From Parcubacteria bacterium C7867-004 (GTDB lineage Bacteria; Patescibacteriota; Minisyncoccia; Phycocordibacterales; Phycocordibacteraceae), in contig LFCN01000006.1 in assembly GCA_001189075.1 (NCBI GenBank), positions 81,605 to 145,604 of the forward strand: a stretch of 64,000 nucleotides of DNA. The letters are read 5' to 3'. Position 1 is the first letter of the stretch. Each line of letters begins with the position of its first letter. Under the pieces are notes generated by a model that was given only the letters and a program-made list of their open reading frames with translations, did no database searches and was not told the DNA's origin. A program made the position numbers and the translations under genes. Positions 17,606-27,954 of the stretch are shown piece by piece.

Positions 17606-17884
17606 TTAGTTAGGTGCGAGCTCCATGCTCGTATCAATCTTCACACCCTCTTCCATCATCGCTCCGTTCTCAGTAGCCGGCACTGGTTGCTGGCTGTTCA
17701 GGCGAGCGCCCCATACGTAGAAGGCACCCACGACGAGGATCGCCACGATAAGGATGATGCCGAAGATGGTGCCATAGGCGGCACCTTTGCTGCCCTCCTT
17801 CATAACCGGTGCTGCCGGAGCAGGCGCTGGGGGAGGGGTAACAGGGGCGGGTGCAGGGGTCATTGGGTCGGGTGCTTGGTCCAT
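17606..17884 (-). CDS. Small Pro-rich single-TM protein
   Basis: Pro-rich N-terminus followed by [22 protein letters not shown]. Confidence 0.75.
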   Translation of the reverse strand: MDQAPDPMTPAPAPVTPPPAPAPAAPVMKEGSKGAAYGTIFGIILIVAILVVGAFYVWGARLNSQQPVPATENGAMMEEGVKIDTSMELAPN

Positions 17885-18003
17885 AGGTCTTCGTTAGCTA
17901 ATGCTCACAGTATATAGAGCTACTCCCGAGGAATGCTGACGATTCGTGGGGATAGGAAAAGGCCCTGGAACAATCCAGGGCCTTTTCCACTGAGATACTT
18001 CTC

Positions 18004-18534
18004 TTACGCGGATTTCTTGTCCTTATACATCTGGCTCGCGCGCTCGAATGCGCTTTGTGCCGATGCCTTGTCTTCGAATCCGTGCACGGTTACCTCAACT
18101 GGCTTCCCCTTAAGCATCTTGATCGTCTCGAAGAAGACCTTAAGCTCCTTGAGCTGGTGCTTGTTCAGGTCGGCTACGTCCTGCACATCCTCGAAGCGGC
18201 GATCGTTCACCGGCACGCAGATGAGCTTGTCATCCGACTCGCCGTCGTCGGTCATCTTCATGATGGCGACCGGGCGTGCAGGAACAAGAACGCCCGGATA
18301 GATAGGGTATGAGGAGATGAGAAGTACATCCACCGCGTCCCCGTCGTCCCAGAGCGTCTGCGGGATGAATCCATAGTTCGCAGGGTAGGGGGTAGGGCCG
18401 TAGTTCGCGCGGTCGAGCATGATGATGCCCGTCTCCTTGTCGATCTCGTACTTGTTCTGGGAACCGTTCGGGATCTCTATGATGACGTTCATCTCATCCT
18501 TAGTTCCCGGAGTGATGTCGTGAAGAAGGTTCAT
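18004..18534 (-). CDS. ppa: Inorganic pyrophosphatase (family I)
   Basis: IEIP..NKYE, YPANYGFIPQT, DDGDAVDV and DDK; start at MNLLHD. Confidence 0.95.
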   Translation of the reverse strand: MNLLHDITPGTKDEMNVIIEIPNGSQNKYEIDKETGIIMLDRANYGPTPYPANYGFIPQTLWDDGDAVDVLLISSYPIYPGVLVPARPVAIMKMTDDGESDDKLICVPVNDRRFEDVQDVADLNKHQLKELKVFFETIKMLKGKPVEVTVHGFEDKASAQSAFERASQMYKDKKSA

Positions 18535-18547
18535 GGTGCGGGTTAGG

Positions 18548-19939
18548 TTATGCCTCGTCGCGAGACTCGTTGCTCTCGGCAACCGATTCGTTCTCATCGG
18601 TGCGCACGGTCTCTTCCTCGGCCGTAAGTGTGTTGTCCTGCGCGTCGTCAACGGCAATGACGGACTCACTTTCAGTAGGGTCGATGCCTGCGGCTACTGC
18701 CGGATCCATATCTTCGGTCTCGTCTGCGCTGGCGACTGATTCATCGCTTGCACCTGCTGCATCCGCAAGAGGAGCGTTATCGCTTTCGACAACCTCGCCG
18801 CCAACCGCAGCGATGTCGATGTTCCAGCCGGTGAGCTTCGCGGCGAGGCGGACGTTCTGTCCGCCGCGGCCGATAGCGAGCGACTGCTGGTCCTCGGTAA
18901 CGGTAACGGTTGCACGGTGTCCTTCCTCGTCGAGCTCTACCTCGAGCACGGTGGCAGGGGAAAGTGCCTCCTTTATGTAGGCCTTCTGATCTTCGGACCA
19001 CTCGATGATATCGATGCGCTCGCCGCCGAGTGCTGCCATGACGGTGGAGACGCGTACGCCACGCTGACCAACAAGGGAGCCAACCGGATCCACGTGCGGA
19101 TCAAGTGAAGCGATAGCGATCTTCGTGCGGCTGCCCGGCTCGCGCGCGAGACCCTTCACTTCGATAGCGCCTGAAGCGAGTTCAGGTACCTCCATCTCGA
19201 AGAGGCGGATGAGGAAGCGTGGGTGTGAGCGAGAAAGGCGGAGATATACGCCGCGGAATCCCTCATCAACCGCGTACAGATACGCGCTGATGCGCTCGCC
19301 AGTGCGATACCGCTCGCCGGGGATCTGCTCCTCGTACGGGATGATGCCGGTCGCGCGACCGAGATCAACGAATGTCGCGCCGCGCTCTGCGCGCTGGACG
19401 ATACCCGAGACGATCTCGCCCTTCTTGTGCTCGAACTCGCCGAGGATGGAGAGCTTCTCGGCTTCACGGATTTTCTGGATCACGACCTGCTTTGCGGTCT
19501 GTGCGGCGATGCGGCCGAAATCATCCTGCGGCTCGAGCGGGAAGATGAGCTCCTGGCCGAGCTCGACATCGCGCTTGATGCGCTTCGCGTCCTCGATGAG
19601 GATGTGCTTCTCCGCGTCGTAGCGGGGGAGCTCGCCCTCAGGCGTCTCCTCCTCGTGCTCACGGTATGAGTGCTGCGGAGCGGCTTCCACAGCGGCTGCC
19701 TCCTCCTCTTCGGTAGGGAAGCGCACCATGGTGTCGTCGACGACCGTCTTCACCTGCTCGAAGGTAACGGTTCCCGTGTTCATATCGAGAAGACCGCGGA
19801 CCACCTGGCCGCGCTTTCCGTATTCCTTCTTATAGGCAGTCGCCATCGCCTGCTCGATAGCGTCGATCATCGTCTCCTTGGTGATGCCGCGCTCCTCGAA
19901 CTCGCCGAGCACTGAATTGATTGTCTTGAGATCCAACAT
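18548..19939 (-). CDS. nusA: Transcription termination factor NusA
   Basis: DFGRIAAQTAKQV, AREPGSRTKIA, DPVGSLVGQRGVRV and AIGRGGQNVRLAAKLTG; true start MLDLKT. Confidence 0.96.
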   Translation of the reverse strand: MLDLKTINSVLGEFEERGITKETMIDAIEQAMATAYKKEYGKRGQVVRGLLDMNTGTVTFEQVKTVVDDTMVRFPTEEEEAAAVEAAPQHSYREHEEETPEGELPRYDAEKHILIEDAKRIKRDVELGQELIFPLEPQDDFGRIAAQTAKQVVIQKIREAEKLSILGEFEHKKGEIVSGIVQRAERGATFVDLGRATGIIPYEEQIPGERYRTGERISAYLYAVDEGFRGVYLRLSRSHPRFLIRLFEMEVPELASGAIEVKGLAREPGSRTKIAIASLDPHVDPVGSLVGQRGVRVSTVMAALGGERIDIIEWSEDQKAYIKEALSPATVLEVELDEEGHRATVTVTEDQQSLAIGRGGQNVRLAAKLTGWNIDIAAVGGEVVESDNAPLADAAGASDESVASADETEDMDPAVAAGIDPTESESVIAVDDAQDNTLTAEEETVRTDENESVAESNESRDEA

Positions 19940-20018
19940 AGGTCCAGTATTTAGTTGTTCGCACAGTATGTAATTGTCGTCGGTTGCAGGTGCATTCTCG
20001 CACAGGATGCGCCCTCTT

Positions 20019-20050
20019 AAAACGAAATGCCCGCGGGTGCGGACATCTCT
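20019..20050 (-). promoter_or_regulatory. Terminator-like hairpin in the nusA leader (rimP-leader-like attenuator)
   Basis: Minus strand reads AGAGATGTCCGC-ACCC-GCGGGCATTTCGTTTT upstream of nusA. Confidence 0.5.
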
Positions 20051-20174
20051 GATAGGAAAAACATACCATATATAGGTCAGTAGAGTCAATGTAGGTAGTT
20101 TCTTTTCCCCGCGCTGAAGAATTCCACGAGAAATTAAACAGTGCAGGCACGCTATACTTTTATCTACGTACGGC

Positions 20175-21929
20175 ATGCAAGTCTCTGAAAGCGATCTAAA
20201 GGAATTTATTCTCGACTCCGGACTCGTTCCCCGGAAGGACGTTGATGCTGCCGATGACGAAGCGAAGCGTCGCAAGCAGTCAATCGGAGACATCCTCATC
20301 GGTACCGGCGCGCTTTCAACCGATTCACTTCGCCGCATCAAGGCATACGTGCTCGGTATTCCGTTCGTGAACCTCAAGGATCGGAAGATCGATCTCAACG
20401 TCCTCTCGCTCATCCCGGAGCCTATCGCCCGCACGCACAGCATCGTCGCGTTCCGTAAGGAGGGGGATAATCTTGAGGTGGCGATGCTCGACACGGAAGA
20501 CCTGGCTGCCATCGACTCAGTCCGCAAGAAGACCGGGCTCAAGATCCAGGCGCGCCTTACCGACGAAGAGTCGCTCAAGCACGTGCTCCTGCAGTATCAG
20601 AAATCGCTCAAGGAGGAGTTCGGTGATCTCATCACAACCGAAGCCGGCCGCATCAACCTTATAAAGGACGGCCCGACGGGAGACGACGTTACGGGGGACG
20701 ACCTCAAGAAGATGGCGGAAGACCTACCAATAGTGCGTATCGTGGACACGCTCCTTCGTCATGCCATCCTCCAGAAAGCATCCGATATCCATATCGAGCC
20801 GATGGAGCAGGAAGTGCTCGTGCGCTATCGCATCGATGGCGTGCTGCATGACGCTATGACGCTCCCGCGCACGGCCGCTGCCGGCATCACGGCACGTATC
20901 AAAGTGCTCTCGAACCTCAAGCTCGATGAGAAGCGTCTGCCGCAAGACGGGCGCTTCAAGATGGAGACCGAAGCCGACAAGGTATCGTTCCGCGTCTCGC
21001 TTCTTCCGACCTATTACGGTGAGAAGGTGGTTATGCGTCTTCTTCGTGAGACGGGCGAGGGCTTCACGCTCGACGTGCTCGGTTTCCACGGAAGCTCGCT
21101 CGAGCGCATCCATCACTCGATGAAGCAGACTACGGGCATTCTGCTCATTTCGGGACCGACCGGATCCGGAAAGACGACGACGCTCTACACCATCCTCGAT
21201 ATCCTCAATACGCCGGACGTGAACATCTCGACGGTGGAGGATCCGATCGAGTATCAGATGAAGCGCGTGAATCAGACGCAGGTGAATCCCGCGATCGGCT
21301 TCACGTTCGCCAACGGACTGCGCGCGCTCCTTCGCCAGGACCCGAACATCATCATGGTTGGAGAGATCCGTGATGCGGAGACGGCATCACTTGCGATCAA
21401 TGCCGCGCTCACCGGTCACCTCGTGCTCTCGACCATCCACACCAACTCGGCGGCAGGCGCCATCCCGCGCCTTATCGACATGGGTGTCGAACCGTTCCTT
21501 CTCGTGTCGACGCTTCGTATGGTGCTCGGACAACGTCTGGTGCGTAGGCTCTGCGACGGGAAGGAGGAGTACGCGCTCGACCAGGTTGAGCGTGACAAGA
21601 TCGCGAGCAAGGATAAGTTCGAGATGGCACTCGCTGCCCTTACCGAGGAGAAGCTCGTGAAGGAGGGTACGAAGATCGACGCCATTCCGTTCTATAAGCC
21701 CAAGCCATCTTCTGAATGCGCGGACGGGTACTCCGGCCGTATCGGCATCCATGAGATCCTCACGGTCTCTCCTGCGATCCGCGATTTGATACTCCATAAC
21801 GGTACGCCGGACGCAATCGAGGAGCAGGCGCGCAAGGAAGGCATGCTTACGATGCTCGAGGACGGTATCTATAAGTCGTCGCGCGGCATCACGAGCCTTG
21901 AAGAGACGCTGCGTGCGGTTTCGGAGTAG
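20175..21929 (+). CDS. pilB: Type IV pilus assembly ATPase (PilB/GspE family)
   Basis: ASDIHIEP, LPQDGRF, GPTGSGKTTT, LRQDPNIIMVGEIRD and TGHLVLSTIH. Confidence 0.93.
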   Translation: MQVSESDLKEFILDSGLVPRKDVDAADDEAKRRKQSIGDILIGTGALSTDSLRRIKAYVLGIPFVNLKDRKIDLNVLSLIPEPIARTHSIVAFRKEGDNLEVAMLDTEDLAAIDSVRKKTGLKIQARLTDEESLKHVLLQYQKSLKEEFGDLITTEAGRINLIKDGPTGDDVTGDDLKKMAEDLPIVRIVDTLLRHAILQKASDIHIEPMEQEVLVRYRIDGVLHDAMTLPRTAAAGITARIKVLSNLKLDEKRLPQDGRFKMETEADKVSFRVSLLPTYYGEKVVMRLLRETGEGFTLDVLGFHGSSLERIHHSMKQTTGILLISGPTGSGKTTTLYTILDILNTPDVNISTVEDPIEYQMKRVNQTQVNPAIGFTFANGLRALLRQDPNIIMVGEIRDAETASLAINAALTGHLVLSTIHTNSAAGAIPRLIDMGVEPFLLVSTLRMVLGQRLVRRLCDGKEEYALDQVERDKIASKDKFEMALAALTEEKLVKEGTKIDAIPFYKPKPSSECADGYSGRIGIHEILTVSPAIRDLILHNGTPDAIEEQARKEGMLTMLEDGIYKSSRGITSLEETLRAVSE

Positions 21930-22035
21930 CGCTACGAAAGAGATTGATTTTATATGATGCGGGTGTAGGGTAACGGGTACGACCGCGTACCCAAGCTCTT
22001 TTGGGAAAAATGCGGATCGGGGAGGATAGTACATC

Positions 22036-22167
22036 ATGAGTGGGCATCGGCACGGCCTCGTCCCGAAGCACGACGAGTTTCTCGGCATGAAGATGATGCT
22101 CGGCTACATGGTCGCCCTCGTCGTCATCGGCGCGGTCGGCAGCTGGATCGGTCCCATCAACTTCTAA
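22036..22167 (+). CDS. Small (43 aa) single-TM hypothetical protein
   Basis: Own translation MSGHRHGLVPKHDEFLGMKMMLGYMVALVVIGAVGSWIGPINF*; GGGGAGGA upstream and a hairpin plus TTTTTCTTTT downstream. Confidence 0.6.
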   Translation: MSGHRHGLVPKHDEFLGMKMMLGYMVALVVIGAVGSWIGPINF

Positions 22168-22253
22168 GGGGTTGGCTCCAAGCCATGTGTCTAGACGCGC
22201 TTTCACGAGCGCGTTTTTCTTTTTGTAACCGACGCGCATGCTACGATATTCGC

Positions 22254-23465
22254 ATGAAATTCCGCGTAAGCGCGAAGACCGCAGATGGTGCATCCGAGAA
22301 GCGCGTTATCGATGCGGTATCCCGTTTCGCGGTGTACGAGCAGCTCGAGAAAGAAGGGCTCACGGTAGTCACGGTGGAAGAAGGCGGTGGCGCATCCCTT
22401 CCGGCATGGACGAGGATACAGCTCGGCAGCGGCATAAAGACCGACGAGCGCATAACCTTCACCAAGAACCTCGCTGCGATGCTTTCAGCAGGGCTCCCGC
22501 TTCCGCGCGCGCTTTCCGTTATTGATCGCCAGACGCGCAATAAGTCGCTGAGGAAAGTGGTGACGGACCTCGAAGAGAACGTCAAGAAGGGAACCTCCTT
22601 CCATGAAGCGCTCGCGCTCCACCGGAACATCTTCTCTGATCTCTTCATTGCCATGACCAAGGCGGGCGAGGAGTCCGGAAAGCTCGCGGATTCGCTCCAG
22701 GTGGTGGCGCGCCAGATGGACCGATCGCATACGCTCGAGAAGAAGGTGAAGGGCGCCATGATCTATCCGTCCATCATCCTCTCTGCGGTGGTAATCATCG
22801 GTATCCTCATGCTCATGTTCGTGGTGCCGACACTCTCGAGCACGTTCAAAGAGCTTAACGTCGCTCTCCCGGCCGCGACTCGAGCCATCATTTCCATATC
22901 CGATTTCCTCGCGAACAATGTCATTCTGTCTCTGCTGCTCGTCGCGATGTTCTTCGGACTGGTACTCTTGTTCCTGAAATCGAAGTTCGGCGGTAAGGTC
23001 CTGCTGCTCGTATCGCTCAAGCTTCCGGTTATCGGCGAGCTCGTACGCGAGACTATGGGCGCTCGTGTGGCGCGATCGCTCTCATCGCTCCTTTCGTCGG
23101 GTGTCGAGATGCTGTCCGCACTTCAGATTGCCTGCGAGGTAGTGGGGGACAATCCATTCGGGAAAGTGGTGAAGGAGGCGGAGGAGCGCGTGCGCAAGGG
23201 AGAGTCGCTCTCGGCAGCCTTCATCGACCACCCGAAGCTCTTCCCGCCATTCGTTGCAGATATGATCGCGGTAGGTGAGGAGACCGGAAAGGTCTCCGAC
23301 ATGCTCGGGCAGGTCGCCACCTACTATGAGACCGACGTCGAGGATCGTACGAAAGATCTCTCCACTATCATCGAGCCGATTCTCATGCTCGTCATCGGCG
23401 GTGCGGTCGGTGTGTTCGCGATGGCGATGATCACCCCGATCTACTCGCTCTCAAGCAAGATATAA
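22254..23465 (+). CDS. pilC: Type IV pilus platform protein (PilC/GspF family)
   Basis: FTKNLAAMLSAGL, AGEESGKL, KVKGAMIYP, VGEETG and IIEP motifs. Confidence 0.93.
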   Translation: MKFRVSAKTADGASEKRVIDAVSRFAVYEQLEKEGLTVVTVEEGGGASLPAWTRIQLGSGIKTDERITFTKNLAAMLSAGLPLPRALSVIDRQTRNKSLRKVVTDLEENVKKGTSFHEALALHRNIFSDLFIAMTKAGEESGKLADSLQVVARQMDRSHTLEKKVKGAMIYPSIILSAVVIIGILMLMFVVPTLSSTFKELNVALPAATRAIISISDFLANNVILSLLLVAMFFGLVLLFLKSKFGGKVLLLVSLKLPVIGELVRETMGARVARSLSSLLSSGVEMLSALQIACEVVGDNPFGKVVKEAEERVRKGESLSAAFIDHPKLFPPFVADMIAVGEETGKVSDMLGQVATYYETDVEDRTKDLSTIIEPILMLVIGGAVGVFAMAMITPIYSLSSKI

Positions 23466-23474
23466 GCACGTCCC

Positions 23475-23729
23475 ATGATTCAGCAATTCATCAATGTGGT
23501 GACTGCCGATATATCAGGACTCGCCGTCCAGCTGTTCTTCGCGTTCACCATATCGTTGATGATCTTCGATAAGCAGAAACCTCCTCTGCTCACCGGGGTT
23601 CTTACGGGAATCGCCCTCATCGTGCTCGGTATCGGCGGCTCATTCAATGCTCCCGCCGTGGCAGCGGTATCGATGATCAATGGCGGCCTCTGGCTGGTTC
23701 TCGGCTGGCAGCGTTTTATGCAACGGTAA
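23475..23729 (+). CDS. Small 3-TM membrane protein
   Basis: 84 aa with three hydrophobic segments. Confidence 0.7.
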   Translation: MIQQFINVVTADISGLAVQLFFAFTISLMIFDKQKPPLLTGVLTGIALIVLGIGGSFNAPAVAAVSMINGGLWLVLGWQRFMQR

Positions 23730-23739
23730 TAATCTTTCC

Positions 23740-24360
23740 ATGGACAAGACCAGACTCGAATTCCTCAGCGACGGCATATTCGCTATCGTCCTTACCATTC
23801 TCGTCATCGAGATAAAGCTTCCTGAAGGTGTCGAAGTTATCTCGAATGAAGAGCTCTGGCACCAGCTGCTCATCCTATGGCCAGCGATAATGAGCTTCGC
23901 GCTGAGCTTCCTTGTCATATGCGTGTTCTGGATAAACCACACCTATCTCTTCCACTCGTACGTGAAGAAGGTGGATCGGGGACTCAATCTCCTCAACATG
24001 CTGTATTTGCTCTTTCTCGTGTTCATCCCGTTCGTCGCGAAGCTGGTTGGCGAATATCCCTATATCCCGCTCGCCGCTATCGTCTACGGCCTCGATATCC
24101 TCGTGGTCGGCGTTCTCGCGAAGCTCATGTTCCGTCACGTGCAGAAGAATCCAGAACTGCACCATGAGCTGCCGTCCCGCTTCCTCAAGCAAGCGCATAT
24201 CCGCATGACGCTCACACCGGTCTTCTACGTGCTCGGTATACTTGTCGCCCCGTTCTCGATAGGTGCAAGCATCTTCTTCTATCTATTCCCAATGCTCTTC
24301 AACCTCATTCCGGGTTCGCTCGACCTGGTTGAACGCCTGTTCCGCTTCGAGATCGCATAG
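23740..24360 (+). CDS. TMEM175-family potassium channel
   Basis: RLEFLSDGIFAIVLTILV signature and FWINH. Confidence 0.88.
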   Translation: MDKTRLEFLSDGIFAIVLTILVIEIKLPEGVEVISNEELWHQLLILWPAIMSFALSFLVICVFWINHTYLFHSYVKKVDRGLNLLNMLYLLFLVFIPFVAKLVGEYPYIPLAAIVYGLDILVVGVLAKLMFRHVQKNPELHHELPSRFLKQAHIRMTLTPVFYVLGILVAPFSIGASIFFYLFPMLFNLIPGSLDLVERLFRFEIA

Positions 24361-24399
24361 CACGCGCGGTGCGCGCATTCAATGCGCTATGATGAGTGC

Positions 24400-25860
24400 A
24401 TGAAAACGCCGCGCGGCATGACGCTCGTCGACGTGCTCGTCGGGAGCGCGCTCGTGCTCATCATTTTCCTTGCGCTGCTCGGCTTGCTCCGCGCATCGCT
24501 GCTTATCTCTTCCGCAGCAAAGCTTAAATCGGGCGCAACCGCGCTTGCAACGACGCAGATGGAATACCTGCGTTCGCTCCCGTACGACTCGGTAGGCACA
24601 GTGGGCGGTATTCCCGCTGGAGCGATACCGCAAAATACGACTAGCACGCTCAACGGCGTGACGTACGTGACGCGAACCTTCATCGAGTACGTGGACGATG
24701 CGAAGGACGGGCAGGGTGTAGCCGATAGCAACGGCATCATGACGGACTACAAGCGCGCGCGCGTCAGCGTGAGCTATATGTTCAGGGAGAGCGACCGGGA
24801 ACTCGTGCTGGTCTCCAACATCGCGCCTCCGTCGATCGAGACGACCACCGGCGGGGGCACACTCCGCATCAACGTGGTGAATGCTGCGGGAGATCCCGTG
24901 GCGGGAGCGAGCGTTAGGGTCCAGAATCCGAGCGCCGGGCCCGCGATCGATTTCACTACATTCTCGGACGCAACTGGCGTCGTGATGATCCCCGGTGCGC
25001 CTCCCTCGACCGACTACCGTATCACTGCGTCCAAAGACGGGTATTCTACCGCGGTAACGTACGCCCGCGACGCGACGAACCAGAATCCGACTCCCGGCTA
25101 CCTGACGATCGTTGCCGGGCAGACGACGAGCAGTACGTTTGCCATCGATGTGCTCGGCGCACTCGTCATGCGTACCTTTTCTTCAGTGCGCCCGGCGTTC
25201 CAGATCGATTCCTTTGACGACGGAACACATTTGGCGAGCGTGAGTGGGACGCAGGCGGCTGGAGGTGCGCTCGTGCTTTCGGGGGCGCCGGGAAGCTACG
25301 CGCTCTCGGGAAGCGCTCGCTCGACTTCGACTGCGCCTACCTATCTCAAGGAATGGCGGACGGTGGACGCGGATGAGGTTGTGCCTGCGGGAACCGGTAT
25401 TGTCCTGCGTGTCGCGGCCAGCTCGGGAACGCTGGTTCCGGACGCGATGCTCCCCGGGAATACCGTAGGGTTCTCCTCGTTCCCGATTGATATCAGCGGT
25501 ATCGCGACTACCACCTATCCTTCGCTTTCGATCCTTGCTGATCTTTCAACCAGTGACGCGCTCATGACGCCGCAGGTTCTCGAGTGGAGCATCCATTTCG
25601 ACGAGGGACCGATCCCGCTCCCGAATAGAGCGTTCACGCTCACCGGGGCGAAGGTGATGGGTACGACGGGCGCGGGTGCGGCGATTCCAAAGACCATCAT
25701 CGCTACCACTACCGATGCGAGCGGAAGGGTCACTATCCCGCTCGAGTGGGATGTCTACACGTTCGACACTACGGTCGGCACACTCATTAGCGAATCCGAA
25801 CCCTCTCCGTACACGCTTGAACCCGCGGAAAACCGGACCGTGGACGTCATACTTCAATGA
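24400..25860 (+). CDS. Large pilin-like protein with carboxypeptidase-regulatory-like beta domain
   Basis: Class III signal RG|MTLVDV followed by a hydrophobic helix; V.NAAGDPVAGASV...YRITASKDGYS. Confidence 0.8.
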   Translation: MKTPRGMTLVDVLVGSALVLIIFLALLGLLRASLLISSAAKLKSGATALATTQMEYLRSLPYDSVGTVGGIPAGAIPQNTTSTLNGVTYVTRTFIEYVDDAKDGQGVADSNGIMTDYKRARVSVSYMFRESDRELVLVSNIAPPSIETTTGGGTLRINVVNAAGDPVAGASVRVQNPSAGPAIDFTTFSDATGVVMIPGAPPSTDYRITASKDGYSTAVTYARDATNQNPTPGYLTIVAGQTTSSTFAIDVLGALVMRTFSSVRPAFQIDSFDDGTHLASVSGTQAAGGALVLSGAPGSYALSGSARSTSTAPTYLKEWRTVDADEVVPAGTGIVLRVAASSGTLVPDAMLPGNTVGFSSFPIDISGIATTTYPSLSILADLSTSDALMTPQVLEWSIHFDEGPIPLPNRAFTLTGAKVMGTTGAGAAIPKTIIATTTDASGRVTIPLEWDVYTFDTTVGTLISESEPSPYTLEPAENRTVDVILQ

Positions 25861-25861
25861 T

Positions 25862-26485
25862 ATGGATCGCTTGCCTCTCTCGATGAATGCACACTCCACA
25901 CGCAGTCCGTCCGGGTTCTCGCTCGCCGAGACAATGGTGGTTATCGGTATCTTGAGTCTCGTCGGACTCGCGCTCTCGACGATGATCGTCTTCTTCTACC
26001 GGTCCAATGCATTCCTGCTCGAGCAGACGAGTGCGGTCGACAGTGTGCGCCGGGGACTCACCCGTACGTTCGAGAGCCTGCGCGAAGCGACCTACGGTGA
26101 GGACGGTTCGTATCCGATCGCGTCCGCCGCGACCTCGAGCGTGGTCATCTACAGCGATATCGACAGCGACTTCTCAGTCGAGCGCATACGGTTCTGGCTC
26201 TATAACGGAACGTTCTATCAAGTCACGACGAACGCGGGAGGGAACCCTCCGACGTACGCAGGACAGCCTCCGGCGACAACCACCATCGCTACTTACGTAC
26301 GGAATTCGAATACCACTCCAATATTCAGGTATTTTGACGCTAACGGCGTCGAGCTGACCGGGGCCGCGGTAGACTTGTCGGAGGTCGCGAGCATCCGCAC
26401 GAGGCTGGATGTCGATCTTAATCCGCTCAGGCTCCCGAACGTGGTCACGCTCGAAGAGACGGCGACGCTCCGCAATCTCCGATGA
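25862..26485 (+). CDS. Minor type IV pilin (N-terminal methylation motif)
   Basis: SG|FSLAETMVVIGIL; C-terminal TATLRN. Start 25862 or 25883. Confidence 0.85.
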   Translation: MDRLPLSMNAHSTRSPSGFSLAETMVVIGILSLVGLALSTMIVFFYRSNAFLLEQTSAVDSVRRGLTRTFESLREATYGEDGSYPIASAATSSVVIYSDIDSDFSVERIRFWLYNGTFYQVTTNAGGNPPTYAGQPPATTTIATYVRNSNTTPIFRYFDANGVELTGAAVDLSEVASIRTRLDVDLNPLRLPNVVTLEETATLRNLR

Positions 26486-27924
26486 TTATGAAACCGCACT
26501 CCTCATCAGTCCGTCCTGTTCGCGGCTATCTCATCATCACTGCGCTCGTGTTCGGTAGCATATTCGTCACCGTGCTCGGTGCGCTCGCCAGCAGCGTGCT
26601 TATCGAGAACCGCGCGCAGTCGCAGGCGTCCTCGGGAACGCGTGGGCTCGCCATCGCTGAAGCCGGTCTCGAGTACTATCGTTGGTTCCTCGCTCATTAT
26701 CCGACTGACGTTCAGAACGGCACCGGTGCTGCGGGCCCTTATGTCATGCCGTACAACGATCCCGAAGGGGGGCAGACCGGTACTATATCGCTTTCCATAG
26801 TCGGGAATTCCTCGTGCGGCCAGCTGACTTCTATCGATATCACCTCGACCGGTACGCCTATCGAAAGCCCCTCGGCGGCGCGTACGCTCAAGGCGCGCTA
26901 CGCTCGGCCCACGGTAGCCTTGTTCTCCTATGTGCTTAACAGTAGCGTGTGGGCAGGTCCTGACCGCATCATCAACGGCCCGTATCACAGCAACGGCGGC
27001 ATCCGCATGGACGGAACCGCGAATGCTCCTGTAACGAGCTCTCTTGCGACGTGGCTATGCACCAGCAGCTTCGGCTGTGCCACGAACCAGACCAAGGACG
27101 GCGTCTGGGGCGCGGGCCCGAACTCGGATCTGTGGACGTATCCTGTCCCGCAGGTGGATTTCAGCGGCATCGCGGCCGACTTCACGACACTGCGTACGAC
27201 TGCGATAGCGAGCGGGAAATACCTCCCGCGCTACAGCTCGAGCTCGAGCGACGCGAACGCTTCGCGTGGTTATCGACTCATCTTCAATGGCGACGGCACT
27301 GTTACCATCCGTCGGGTGAATACGACGACGGCGTTCAATGCGACTATCGTAAGCACGAGTCTTGGAGGAATCGATCGCTCGATGATCACAGCAGGAGGGG
27401 ATTCGTTCTTTGAGACGTACATCATTCCGGCGAGCTGCGGCCTCATCTTCGTGGAGGACAACGTCTGGATCGAAGGGGTCGTCGACCGCAAGGTTACGGT
27501 TGTTGCAGCGAATGTGACGACGACCGGCATCGCGCCAAATGCGGTCTTGAACAATAACATCACGTACGGAGCCACCGATGGCTCGGACGGCCTCACGCTC
27601 ATGGCGGAGAACAATATCGTCATCCCCCCGAATTCACCGTACGACATGAATGTGAGTGGCGTCTTCATTGCGCAGAACGGGTACTTCGGACGCAACCTGT
27701 TCCCGTGCTCCGGAGGGTATGAGCCAAGGGGTACGCTTACCATACTCGGTACCACGGTCTCCAATTTGCGTACGGGTACTCGCTGGCCGACTGCCTGCAG
27801 CGGAACGGGAGGCGGATACCAGACACGTATCGACGCCTATGACCGCAAGCTCTCGACCGATCCGCCCCCATTCACTCCGCAGACGAGTACGGACTACTAC
27901 TTCGTCGACTGGCGGGAGCAATAG
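26482..27924 (+). CDS. PilX-like minor pilin
   Basis: RG|YLIITALVF (no Glu5), ALAIAEAGLEY-type helix and C-terminal WRE. Confidence 0.8.
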   Translation: MIMKPHSSSVRPVRGYLIITALVFGSIFVTVLGALASSVLIENRAQSQASSGTRGLAIAEAGLEYYRWFLAHYPTDVQNGTGAAGPYVMPYNDPEGGQTGTISLSIVGNSSCGQLTSIDITSTGTPIESPSAARTLKARYARPTVALFSYVLNSSVWAGPDRIINGPYHSNGGIRMDGTANAPVTSSLATWLCTSSFGCATNQTKDGVWGAGPNSDLWTYPVPQVDFSGIAADFTTLRTTAIASGKYLPRYSSSSSDANASRGYRLIFNGDGTVTIRRVNTTTAFNATIVSTSLGGIDRSMITAGGDSFFETYIIPASCGLIFVEDNVWIEGVVDRKVTVVAANVTTTGIAPNAVLNNNITYGATDGSDGLTLMAENNIVIPPNSPYDMNVSGVFIAQNGYFGRNLFPCSGGYEPRGTLTILGTTVSNLRTGTRWPTACSGTGGGYQTRIDAYDRKLSTDPPPFTPQTSTDYYFVDWREQ

Positions 27925-27954
27925 CTGCGAGCAGGCGTGCTAGCATGTTCCTAT

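Noticed and set aside
19940-20578. Apparent 213-aa N-terminal extension of NusA in the ORF track
   Set aside because: It overlaps pilB on the other strand and the promoter region; NusA similarity begins at MLDLKT (19939).
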